From IMG/VR virus record IMGVR_UViG_3300025809_000025, positions 1 to 54,707 of that record: a DNA stretch of 54,707 bases, one strand, 5' to 3'. Position 1 is the stretch's first letter. The number at the start of each line of letters is the position of its first letter. Positions 9,256-16,765 of this stretch are shown in pieces. Position numbers and translations under genes: made by a program. The DNA is from a virus. Taxonomy: Duplodnaviria; Caudoviricetes. Under the pieces are notes generated by a model. That model did not search any database. It had not been told where the DNA came from and saw only the letters and a list, made by a program, of their open reading frames with translations.

Positions 9256-10836
9256 TTAATAACCCGTCACAGGATCTAACGATTTAAAACGTTTTTGTAT
9301 AGTCCGGTGCCGAGGTCTCGGCATAGAAGCAAGTCCATGCAGGGCAATAGCATAAGCCATCACCCTGTCATCATAACATCCATTTTGGGAATTGTAACTC
9401 CCTTTATCATCAATGATGTAAGTTCGCAACTCATTTAATAATTCTATATCTGCAACACCGCTCTCTCCCTGCCTAAGCAGCGCCGCTAAATTGTCAACGA
9501 TTAATGGTTTTGTTTTGCTTGTCGTTAGAAAGCCTCCGCGTTTTGTCAAGCGATCTCCGTAGGCACCATCGACAGAACTCTCTACAAATAAATTTGAATA
9601 ACCTAAATCTTGCATTTTACGAAGCGTACCAAGACCGTGGTTGTTACGCTCAACTATTACATATGCAGTGTTATAGCGTTTTCCCAACATTGCTACTAGG
9701 GCGCCATAATCAAATGGATCTATGTGTCCGTGCCAACAGGCTACTTGATTGCCTAACGAGTCAAGTACTTGGGCGCAACTATAATCGCCATAGGCGAGAC
9801 CTTCCGCAACATCCACGCCAATGACGTAAGCTTCCTCTCTGGAGGGGGAATACCATTCTTGATAGTTGCCGTGTTCACGCTCAATTAAACTACCGTCAAT
9901 AATGTCGCCTTTAAAGTCTGCGGTGTAACAATTATTTTCACATTGAGATATCGCGGACTCTTCTACGAAACAACGACCGGAGGTTAAAAATGCTTCGAGC
10001 GGGGTACTAGGGTATTCCTGACGGAATAAATCTGTCCCACCTAACTCATCTAGTTTGGCGCGTCTAAATGAAAGTTGCTCATCGTCCAATCCATACTTTT
10101 GAGCCAGATCATATTCTTCTGGTGTAGCAACAAAGTAGGGCGATACTTTTTTTCTATACTCTGGCATCCAGTACCAAGGAATAAAGCAAGTAATCCACTC
10201 GGATTCGCCTCGAAGCGACTTCATTACCTGATCGTAGAACCATCCACCGGCACCATTGGCAGTACTCTCTAGAATTACCTCAGTGTTCTTACCACCGACA
10301 GTCTGTAATAGACCTGCGACTATGTCTGATCCTTGTGGGTAGAACGCCACTTCAGAGCCGTGGACAAATCGATTTGTTTGTCCTCGTCCCGTTTGGGTTG
10401 ATCTTGCTGTTCCGACCCTGTATCGCGAATTGATGTCATCAAAAACCAACGTTGACGCCGACTGACTAGCGAGCGGCGGCTTAAATGCCGGATGCGGGAC
10501 ATTGTCATAAAAGTATCTCACCATGTTAAAAATTGCGTTAGTAGATTCGGCAAGATGCGACAGTACGAATGCGTTAGCATTGCGATTCTGCGTGACTTTC
10601 CAGAAGTTTCTGCCCTGTGTGTACGTCGATATTCCGGTTTGGCGAGCTTTCAGGACCAATGCGCGGATATTTCCCTGATCTTTTAGCTGCTTTTCAAGCA
10701 TGGCATGGACATGTAACTGTGCAGCATTTAGGACAAAAGGCTTGGATTCACCCTCTTTTGTCACGATTTTCAGCATATTCTTACTATATAAAGGGAAGTT
10801 ACCCTTCAATTTGCGAGCTACCTCTTCAATTTCCAT
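9256..10836 (-). CDS. terL: Terminase large subunit
   Basis: Walker A variant LKARQTGIST, Walker B VHGSEVAF, ESTANG coupling motif, nuclease motifs IGVDVAEG and DDRVMA. Confidence 0.95.
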   Translation of the reverse strand: MEIEEVARKLKGNFPLYSKNMLKIVTKEGESKPFVLNAAQLHVHAMLEKQLKDQGNIRALVLKARQTGISTYTQGRNFWKVTQNRNANAFVLSHLAESTNAIFNMVRYFYDNVPHPAFKPPLASQSASTLVFDDINSRYRVGTARSTQTGRGQTNRFVHGSEVAFYPQGSDIVAGLLQTVGGKNTEVILESTANGAGGWFYDQVMKSLRGESEWITCFIPWYWMPEYRKKVSPYFVATPEEYDLAQKYGLDDEQLSFRRAKLDELGGTDLFRQEYPSTPLEAFLTSGRCFVEESAISQCENNCYTADFKGDIIDGSLIEREHGNYQEWYSPSREEAYVIGVDVAEGLAYGDYSCAQVLDSLGNQVACWHGHIDPFDYGALVAMLGKRYNTAYVIVERNNHGLGTLRKMQDLGYSNLFVESSVDGAYGDRLTKRGGFLTTSKTKPLIVDNLAALLRQGESGVADIELLNELRTYIIDDKGSYNSQNGCYDDRVMAYAIALHGLASMPRPRHRTIQKRFKSLDPVTGY

Positions 10837-11278
10837 GATTATTTACCACCGCCTTACACCACCAGACAAAGTCATGGTCATCCATATCGTTTCTCATTAA
10901 ATTTATTCGGGCGCAAACAAACCTAATATTGCCTTCGACGTAACCTTTATCCGTATCAATACGGTCTGGGCTCGCACATAAATCAGAATAATCAGTACTT
11001 GTGTGCATAGGTATGTTAGAGATGGCGCAAATGCCCCTTTGCTGCTCGTATAAGCTCATTAAGTACTCAAGTGATACTAGGGTGCCCGCATAATTCTTTT
11101 GCTTGTGACGTTGTTTAATGCTCGTTAATCGGGCTCCAAGAAAAAGCTCTACCGTCGAGTTCTGTCTATCTCTATTCCTTGATGTCCGGCACTTGTTACA
11201 AGCTCCACGATTTGCAGAAAAGTTACCTATTGATTTGGTAATCCCGCATATGTTGCACTCTTTACTTTCAGCCGCCAC
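10826..11278 (-). CDS. Putative HNH-like endonuclease with N-terminal Zn finger
   Basis: CNIC...CNKC, then QRGICAIS...SPDRID...GYVEGNIRFVC...NLM pattern. Confidence 0.65.
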   Translation of the reverse strand: MAAESKECNICGITKSIGNFSANRGACNKCRTSRNRDRQNSTVELFLGARLTSIKQRHKQKNYAGTLVSLEYLMSLYEQQRGICAISNIPMHTSTDYSDLCASPDRIDTDKGYVEGNIRFVCARINLMRNDMDDHDFVWWCKAVVNNHGN

Positions 11279-11637
11279 TCCATATTCCTCGTAATCTCCT
11301 CAAACCTTGCTACAGCTTTACGGCTATTACTCACAGCGACTCGATCTCCCATCAACCCAGTCCCTAGCCCTATACACCCTTGAACGTCTTTAGAAAAGTT
11401 GGCTGCGTGAATCAGTATGTATGTTCTATCCGCAACATCTTTGATATGCCATGTCTCACCAAACCGTGGGGAGTCTCTCCAGCCCGTGTCGTATGTCCCC
11501 TCAGGAATACACGAGACGTTTGGAGCGTTATCTAACCAAGGGCGCTCTATCGTATAAAAGCGCTCTCCGTTTAAATCTATAACACCTAGAGTTCCCTCAG
11601 GGTGATATGCAAATCTTTTAAGCTCTACCTCAACCAT
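11227..11637 (-). CDS. DUF5675-family protein (candidate endolysin / L,D-transpeptidase-like)
   Basis: TLG...YTIERPW..N....SCIPEGTY...RTYILIHAAN...DVQGCIGLG motifs. Start moved to ATG 11637 because the longer ORF overlaps another gene. Confidence 0.75.
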   Translation of the reverse strand: MVEVELKRFAYHPEGTLGVIDLNGERFYTIERPWLDNAPNVSCIPEGTYDTGWRDSPRFGETWHIKDVADRTYILIHAANFSKDVQGCIGLGTGLMGDRVAVSNSRKAVARFEEITRNMEWRLKVKSATYAGLPNQ

Positions 11638-11797
11638 TATTATCGGAACCTCTTTTTCGAGCCCGAACATCGTTTCGCTCTTTTCGGTTGAGCTTAGAAT
11701 CTCCAAAGATTCGATCGAAGTTTTCATTAAACTTTTTAGTATCTTCAGGGCGGCGGTTGTCGCCCTTGCTATAAAGTGTTTCACGAGAGTTCTTCAT
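11630..11797 (-). CDS. Small basic hypothetical protein (55 aa)
   Basis: MKNSRETLYSKGDNRRPEDTKKFNENFDRIFG...; ATGA overlap with the upstream gene. Confidence 0.65.
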   Translation of the reverse strand: MKNSRETLYSKGDNRRPEDTKKFNENFDRIFGDSKLNRKERNDVRARKRGSDNNG

Positions 11798-11925
11798 TTC
11801 TTTTTTGCCGTCCTAGCCGCACGCTTAAAATCCTTATTAGTCGGAGCGCCTTTGTCACCCGCATTCCGCATTTTTTTTCCAGCTTTTTTCTTGGCGTTGA
11901 TGTTTGCGTATAGACCGTTGCCCAT
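11794..11925 (-). CDS. Small Lys-rich protein (43 aa)
   Basis: MGNGLYANINAKKKAGKKMRNAGDKGAPTNKDFKRAARTAKKK; tightly coupled to its neighbours. Confidence 0.7.
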   Translation of the reverse strand: MGNGLYANINAKKKAGKKMRNAGDKGAPTNKDFKRAARTAKKK

Positions 11926-11927
11926 AA

Positions 11928-12050
11928 TCAGCTACCTTTCTTAGCTTTTGGTTTAGCTTTCGGTTTAACTGCGGCTTTCTTCGCCGCGATTTTTGCTTTT
12001 GCTACACCAGCTTTCGTATATGCAAACTTCTTACCGTTGACCATTGGCAT
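11928..12050 (-). CDS. Small Lys/Ala-rich, histone H1-like protein (40 aa)
   Basis: MPMVNGKKFAYTKAGVAKAKIAAKKAAVKPKAKPKAKKGS; starts 2 nt after the upstream stop. Confidence 0.7.
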   Translation of the reverse strand: MPMVNGKKFAYTKAGVAKAKIAAKKAAVKPKAKPKAKKGS

Positions 12051-12052
12051 AA

Positions 12053-12364
12053 TTAGCTTCCTTTTTTCCACTTAGTTGATGATGACTTGGTTTTGGAGGG
12101 CGCCCATTTAGTTTTTGCTGCCCAATAAGCTGCACTCATCTTGCCCTTGCTTATGTTCTTAGCATGACGACTCTCAAATGCTTTTCTTTGACCAACCGTC
12201 TGATTTGTTTTTACACCCTGCTGTCCAAATCTGATGGTCTTGACCTTGTCACCCTCTTTGGCAACAACAACATGAGACTTAGTAGGGTGGGATGGAGTCC
12301 GCTTAGGCTTGTTATAACCACTGACCCCCGCACTTTTTAGTCTAGAATCCTTCTTATCTGCCAT
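12053..12364 (-). CDS. Conserved highly basic phage protein
   Basis: MADKKDSRLKSAGVSGYNKPKRTPSHPTKSHVVVAKEGDKVKTIRFGQQG...SAAYWA; recognisable marine-phage family. Confidence 0.75.
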   Translation of the reverse strand: MADKKDSRLKSAGVSGYNKPKRTPSHPTKSHVVVAKEGDKVKTIRFGQQGVKTNQTVGQRKAFESRHAKNISKGKMSAAYWAAKTKWAPSKTKSSSTKWKKGS

Positions 12365-12365
12365 A

Positions 12366-12524
12366 TCAAACCTTCCGATCAATGAATCTGCTGTGTTTTT
12401 GATAACCCTTGCACTTGTTACACCACACCAAAGCTCTATAAGGCTCTACTTTGTAGATGCAGGTGCAAATCGCTGCCCTACTTCTTTCTATTTTTTGTAT
12501 TTGTGTAACGGTGGGTACTCTCAT
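12366..12524 (-). CDS. Small Cys-containing hypothetical protein (52 aa)
   Basis: MRVPTVTQIQKIERSRAAICTCIYK...WCNKCKGYQ...; stop lies 1 nt before the next ATG. Confidence 0.45.
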   Translation of the reverse strand: MRVPTVTQIQKIERSRAAICTCIYKVEPYRALVWCNKCKGYQKHSRFIDRKV

Positions 12525-12769
12525 AAGGACCGCCCCCCCTAATCAACTAGGTGCAAATGCACTTCATCATCCGAAGAAATCTCTATCAGCGTGTAAACAG
12601 CATCCTCAACCTGATCAGCTAAGTAATAAAGGCTCCCACCAAAGCGCAAAGAGGTAACATGAGGGACAATAAACGCCTCAAACGTCAATTCATCCATATC
12701 TAAGTATTCAAGTGCCGTAACACGACGCATTAATAGCTTTCTCATTTTTTGCCTCGGTACTCTCATAAG
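12514..12769. repeat. 14-bp direct repeat GGTACTCTCATAAG
   Basis: Identical copies at 12514-12527 and 12756-12769, each next to a C or G homopolymer run. Confidence 0.8.
12539..12766 (-). CDS. Putative excisionase-like / winged-HTH DNA-binding protein
   Basis: LLMRRVTALEYLDMDELTFE...FGGSLYYLADQVE resembles MerR/Xis-type HTH. Confidence 0.45.
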   Translation of the reverse strand: MRVPRQKMRKLLMRRVTALEYLDMDELTFEAFIVPHVTSLRFGGSLYYLADQVEDAVYTLIEISSDDEVHLHLVD

Positions 12770-12943
12770 ACCCGTGGGGGGTCAAAATACGGTGGTGGGG
12801 GCTGGCATGTCCCCCATGGAACCACACTCTCGATCGTCGTCAGAAGCCAGAAACTACCCCTCCCCCTACCTTCTATTACGCATGACCCGTGACGCCACAC
12901 ACCACCTTTAACAGACCATTTGCCCTATGAGCAGTTGGTCGAT

Positions 12944-13402
12944 CTAGTGTAAGTCCTTGATATCGTTAGGGTCTTTAACCTCTAACTCAACCAAATCTTC
13001 CTCATCCAAGTCTAAGTCAGCCAGAAAGGAGCCATTAAACTGCACAACTTCCTGTTTCTCTGGGGCAATCCATCCCTCAGCCTTGAATAATTGCTCAATA
13101 GCCCTGAGGCGGTCAGAATCCTTCTCTGCTAGCGTTCCCAGTTGCTCCAATGCATTGATCCACTGATCCCTTCTCTGCTCTGTATCCTGTGCCATATCGT
13201 CTCTAATCGCCTCTATTGCCGCCTTTACACTAATATTTCCCAACAACCGGAATGCTTGGTGATTTGCGTGTGCATACCCTGCGTGCTCTGCCGCTCTGGT
13301 CGCATTGCCTGAAGTAACGTAGTAATCCACAAACTTTTGCTGTCTTAGGTTTAATGGCTTTACTGTTTCGGTTGGCTTTGTTGTATCTCTCTCTATGTTC
13401 AT
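12944..13402 (-). CDS. terS: Terminase small subunit
   Basis: LNLRQQKFVDYYVTSGNATRAAEHAGY...RLL..V: Terminase_2 N-terminal HTH. Confidence 0.9.
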   Translation of the reverse strand: MNIERDTTKPTETVKPLNLRQQKFVDYYVTSGNATRAAEHAGYAHANHQAFRLLGNISVKAAIEAIRDDMAQDTEQRRDQWINALEQLGTLAEKDSDRLRAIEQLFKAEGWIAPEKQEVVQFNGSFLADLDLDEEDLVELEVKDPNDIKDLH

Positions 13403-13459
13403 CTGTATGTTCCCCTATAGGAGAAGTCGGAATTGGGGGGGTTTAGGTTTTTCCCCGCG

Positions 13460-13732
13460 CTATAAAAATTTCGCGATCGCCGTGATACATGCCGCGAATA
13501 TGATCCATGCCGCTCGTTCTGCAACCATGCCCTTACCTGCTGACTTGGCAATGTCTTGCTCAACCTGCCGGATGTTGCCCTCCAACTGGTTAAGGCGCCC
13601 TTCGTGTCTGTCCAGTCGCTTGTGACTACTAACCAGTCGCTCATCTATGCGAGCCAATACAGCAACGGTATCGCTTAATTGATCAAGTTTTTGCTCGATC
13701 CTGTCGAATCTCTTCTCAATACTCAATTCCAT
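13460..13732 (-). CDS. Coiled-coil protein with C-terminal TM helix (holin/XhlA-like)
   Basis: RFDRIEQKLDQLSDTVAVLARIDERL... ending AAWIIFAACITAIAKFL. Confidence 0.6.
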   Translation of the reverse strand: MELSIEKRFDRIEQKLDQLSDTVAVLARIDERLVSSHKRLDRHEGRLNQLEGNIRQVEQDIAKSAGKGMVAERAAWIIFAACITAIAKFL

Positions 13733-13825
13733 ACCTTTTGCCGCTTTGAATGTAGGTTAATAATCTGAACGTGTTACCAATTGTAACATTTTAACTGCTT
13801 GAGTAAATTATTTTATGCTGAAGTA

Positions 13826-13854
13826 TTGACAAGCGATTCTCTAGAGATTACGGT
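13826..13854 (+). promoter_or_regulatory. Early sigma70-type promoter
   Basis: TTGACA-17 nt-TACGGT with an AT-rich upstream tract, at the strand-switch point. Confidence 0.65.
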
Positions 13855-13957
13855 GCGAACCATGAAGTGTTGATTAGACACTGATTCCGACCCAGAGGTC
13901 ATGGGGGCGCTCGGAGAATCCAAGGATGGTTTCAATGAGTGAAGCGGCAAGACCCAC

Positions 13958-14013
13958 TAAGTGTCTGCATCTACCTGATGCACTGATGAGGGCAAGCAAG
14001 CCCGAAACACTTA
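13958..14013 (+). ncRNA. Hammerhead ribozyme, type III
   Basis: UAAGUG-UC^-UGCAUC[UACCU]GAUGCA-CUGAUGA-GGGC[AAGCAA]GCCC-GAAA-CACUUA: full catalytic core and three perfect stems; GUC cleavage after 13965. Confidence 0.95.
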
Positions 14014-14031
14014 CTGCCGAGGAGGCACAGC

Positions 14032-14208
14032 ATGACCATTCAAGTATTGATTAAAAACAATTACGGAACCCAAGCCGTCTACCCTACCTGCACTGTCGGT
14101 GAAACCTTTGCACAGATCGCAGGAACCAAGACTTTGACCGATGAGACCAGAGCGCTAATGAAGAGACTGGGCTATCAATTTGAAGCCAAGATGGAGGTGT
14201 CGCTGTGA
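14032..14208 (+). CDS. Early hypothetical protein (58 aa)
   Basis: MTIQVLIKNNYGTQAVYPTCTVGETFAQIAGTKTLT...LGY; GAGGAGG RBS. Confidence 0.75.
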   Translation: MTIQVLIKNNYGTQAVYPTCTVGETFAQIAGTKTLTDETRALMKRLGYQFEAKMEVSL

Positions 14209-14309
14209 AACTATTTAAAGCGTTTATCGAGACTAACCTAGCAATCTATCTAGTTGGCGCTTGGGTGACGGTTACCGTCATCTATATCGCCTTTAGCAAC
14301 CTAGCCTGA
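14205..14309 (+). CDS. Small membrane protein (34 aa)
   Basis: GTG start overlapping the upstream TGA, GGAGG RBS; MKLFKAFIETNLAIYLVGAWVTVTVIYIAFSNLA. Confidence 0.55.
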   Translation: MKLFKAFIETNLAIYLVGAWVTVTVIYIAFSNLA

Positions 14310-14320
14310 GGAGGCTCACC

Positions 14321-14587
14321 ATGTCCCAAACATCAAGAAAGATCACCTACTTTCAACACAGCAACGGTGTTGATTTCGCTTACGAGGCAAACAACCCTGC
14401 TGATAGTTGGCTACCAGTCGTCAACTATCCGCACAGAGTCTGGGTCAGTTGCAACCCAATTAATGACTCAGGTTGGCGATATGCCAACGTTAAAAAGACT
14501 GTCGCCTATATCGTTGTCGATGAGGACGACCACGGTCAGCCAGTGATCGAGAAGTGGTCAATTAAGAATCACCGTAACTTCCATTGA
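14321..14587 (+). CDS. Early hypothetical protein
   Basis: 88 aa, strong RBS; RYANVKKTVAYIVVDEDD.G.P..EKW.I motif. Confidence 0.75.
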   Translation: MSQTSRKITYFQHSNGVDFAYEANNPADSWLPVVNYPHRVWVSCNPINDSGWRYANVKKTVAYIVVDEDDHGQPVIEKWSIKNHRNFH

Positions 14588-14660
14588 GTAAGCACTGAGA
14601 GCGCCTTCGCTGAGGGCGTTCAACTGTATTTATTCAACTCAGCCTGAGGAGGCAACCATT

Positions 14661-15530
14661 ATGAAAAAATATGACGAACTATTTGAGAAAGTAACCAACC
14701 GAATTATCCAGAACCTAGAGAGCGCTGATCGATGGCAGAAGCCGTGGGCTTCAATCGCTGACGGATCAGTACCCCATAACGCCAGTACAGGCAGACCCTA
14801 TTCTGGGATCAACTTCTTTAACCTTGGGTTTGAGTCTGAAAAGTGGGGGAACACTGGATGGCTAACCTACAAACAAGCTACCGCTCTGGGTGGCACTGTA
14901 CCCAAGAACAGCGCAGAGAATGGCGGCTGTGAGTATGTCTGGTTTATGGCTAAGTCGATCTATAAAGATAAGCAGACTGGCGATGACAAGATGGGATTTA
15001 TCAACAAGTGCTTCCCAGTATGGAATGTTGCCCAGATCGAAGGGCTAGAGGGTGGCAAGCAATACACCCCACCATCAGCGGGTACAGGTGCAGTCAACAG
15101 ACTGGCTGATAGCCTCAACATCAATCTTCAATATGGTGGTGATAAAGCTTGTTTCATCCCATCCATTGACACCATCAAGATGCCATCAGTTGATGCCTTT
15201 ACGACTGAGGCAAATCATGACGCAACCCTGCTTCATGAGATGGTCCATTGGACTGGTCACTCTGACCGACTAAAGCGCCAGATCAATAACAGCTTTGCAT
15301 CTGAAGGCTATGCCTTTGAAGAGTTAGTTGCTGAGTTAGGTGCGGCAATGGGTGGTGCTCTGTTAGGTATCCCCTACGAGGGACTGCAACACGAGTCCTA
15401 TATTAAGTCATGGCTTAAGTCTCTTAAGGATGACCCCAGACATATCGTTAAGGCGGCTAAGCAAGCGTCTAAGGCTGTTCAGTATCTAGATGAGAACGGT
15501 AGTACTGACCTATTGGAGCAGGCGGCATAA
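14661..15530 (+). CDS. ardC: ArdC-family antirestriction protein (ssDNA-binding domain + zincin metallopeptidase)
   Basis: W.KPW...P.N..TGRPYSGIN...WLTYKQA...WNVAQ N-domain; HEMVHWTGH..RLKR...YAFEELVAELG...HESYIKSWL. Confidence 0.9.
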   Translation: MKKYDELFEKVTNRIIQNLESADRWQKPWASIADGSVPHNASTGRPYSGINFFNLGFESEKWGNTGWLTYKQATALGGTVPKNSAENGGCEYVWFMAKSIYKDKQTGDDKMGFINKCFPVWNVAQIEGLEGGKQYTPPSAGTGAVNRLADSLNINLQYGGDKACFIPSIDTIKMPSVDAFTTEANHDATLLHEMVHWTGHSDRLKRQINNSFASEGYAFEELVAELGAAMGGALLGIPYEGLQHESYIKSWLKSLKDDPRHIVKAAKQASKAVQYLDENGSTDLLEQAA

Positions 15531-15564
15531 GGGTGAAAGATTTATTTTCCCCGACTCAAAAAAT

Positions 15565-15622
15565 TCTAGCTGATGAGCAACTGGATGGTGACCAGTCGAA
15601 ACGCCCAGTGGGGCGTCCTAGA
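15565..15622 (+). ncRNA. Hammerhead ribozyme, type I
   Basis: UCUAG-CUGAUGA-G(CA)ACUGG[AUGGUGA]CCAGUC-GAAA-CGCCC[AGUG]GGGCG-UC^-CUAGA: full core; GUC cleavage after 15617. Confidence 0.93.
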
Positions 15623-15650
15623 TAACCAACAATCCTGAGGAGGATTAAAT

Positions 15651-15956
15651 ATGCAAAAAGCACACTTGCACCTCATTAAATGGGGCTTAGAAAAAGGATA
15701 CACAATTGAGGTTGATATTGAAGGTCATCATGAGTATCGCGGTACTAGCTACAAGGAAGCAAAGGAAGCCAGTGAAGCCGGAGATATGGGCTGTATATAT
15801 CTTATCACTGGTCAAGCCGAAACAGACTACTCCTACTTTGGCTATATGCACGAGTGGAAGCAAAATCCTGATGAAATAATCTATGACTACGGTCTTGATG
15901 CTGTCTCTGAAGAATGGGCGCGTGATTACGATAAGCATTGCGAGGTTGCGGAATGA
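15651..15956 (+). CDS. Early hypothetical protein
   Basis: 101-aa acidic ORF with GAGGAGG RBS. Confidence 0.75.
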   Translation: MQKAHLHLIKWGLEKGYTIEVDIEGHHEYRGTSYKEAKEASEAGDMGCIYLITGQAETDYSYFGYMHEWKQNPDEIIYDYGLDAVSEEWARDYDKHCEVAE

Positions 15957-16222
15957 AGTCTACCACCAAGCGAATTGATGAAGCTAAAAGTCGTATCGAA
16001 CAAGCTAGCGATGAGATTGATCGAGCCAAAGAGGCAATAATATTGTTCGTCCTCGTAAATCGAAACCGAAAACGAGTTGCTGAATTGTCAGGCGTACACC
16101 TAAACACAGTGTCTGATTTTGTCAGCGGTCGGAGAGGCGGCATACGTCTAGACACCTTGATCAAGATCGAAAAAGCTTGCCACGTCATCAAAGAGAGTCC
16201 GTTTTTTATGCCGAAGAGTTAG
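15953..16222 (+). CDS. XRE/Cro-type HTH protein
   Basis: KRVAELSGVHLNTVSDFVSGR....RLDTLIKIEKA; ATGA overlap start at 15953. Confidence 0.75.
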   Translation: MKSTTKRIDEAKSRIEQASDEIDRAKEAIILFVLVNRNRKRVAELSGVHLNTVSDFVSGRRGGIRLDTLIKIEKACHVIKESPFFMPKS

Positions 16223-16307
16223 TCGGAGTAAACAGCAGGGAGCTACCTGAATGGTAGTTTCTTAGTGTTAATTCCAACACTACAACTAATCCTGAGGAGG
16301 ATTAATC

Positions 16308-16475
16308 ATGGAAACAATTGATGCAACGCCAACATGGCAAGAAACAGCAGTAATGCTTACGCAGATACTGGAATCGGGCAGTGACAAGTCTTGGGCACGC
16401 GATGAGATTATTCGAATGGGCAAGATCATTGATCAACAGCAGGCATTCATTAAGCAGTCAAAGGAGGTGGCGTGA
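16308..16475 (+). CDS. Early hypothetical protein (55 aa)
   Basis: METIDATPTWQETAVMLTQILESG...EIIRMGKIID; GAGGAGG RBS. Confidence 0.7.
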   Translation: METIDATPTWQETAVMLTQILESGSDKSWARDEIIRMGKIIDQQQAFIKQSKEVA

Positions 16476-16765
16476 TGGAAGTTTCAAAGAAGCGTCATCA
16501 AGAAATAATTAACCTAGCTAACACGCTATCAAACGATGATTTATGTACTTTGATTAATGCGGTTAGTAGTAGGTTAGAAGTTTACTTAGGCACAATCGGC
16601 TTAGTGTGTATTTCAACTGAGGTTGAATACGCTCACATGAACGGTATGACAGTACAAGTCAATACCACAATGGCTCAGCTGGATGATATGCGTGAAGACG
16701 ATCAGATCCAACATGCAATGAAAATGTATGAGCTGCGTAATCCAGAAAAGGAGGTGGCGCGATGA
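16472..16765 (+). CDS. Early hypothetical protein
   Basis: 97 aa, AGGAGGT RBS, coupled to both neighbours. Confidence 0.7.
   Translation: MMEVSKKRHQEIINLANTLSNDDLCTLINAVSSRLEVYLGTIGLVCISTEVEYAHMNGMTVQVNTTMAQLDDMREDDQIQHAMKMYELRNPEKEVAR

Noticed and set aside
11638-11784. N-terminal extension of the DUF5675 ORF given in the track
   Set aside because: It overlaps a better-supported 55-aa gene in another frame; the domain begins at MVEVELKR.
13399-13644. Minus-strand 81-aa and plus-strand 76-aa ORFs
   Set aside because: They overlap the better-supported 13460-13732 gene and show no recognisable features.
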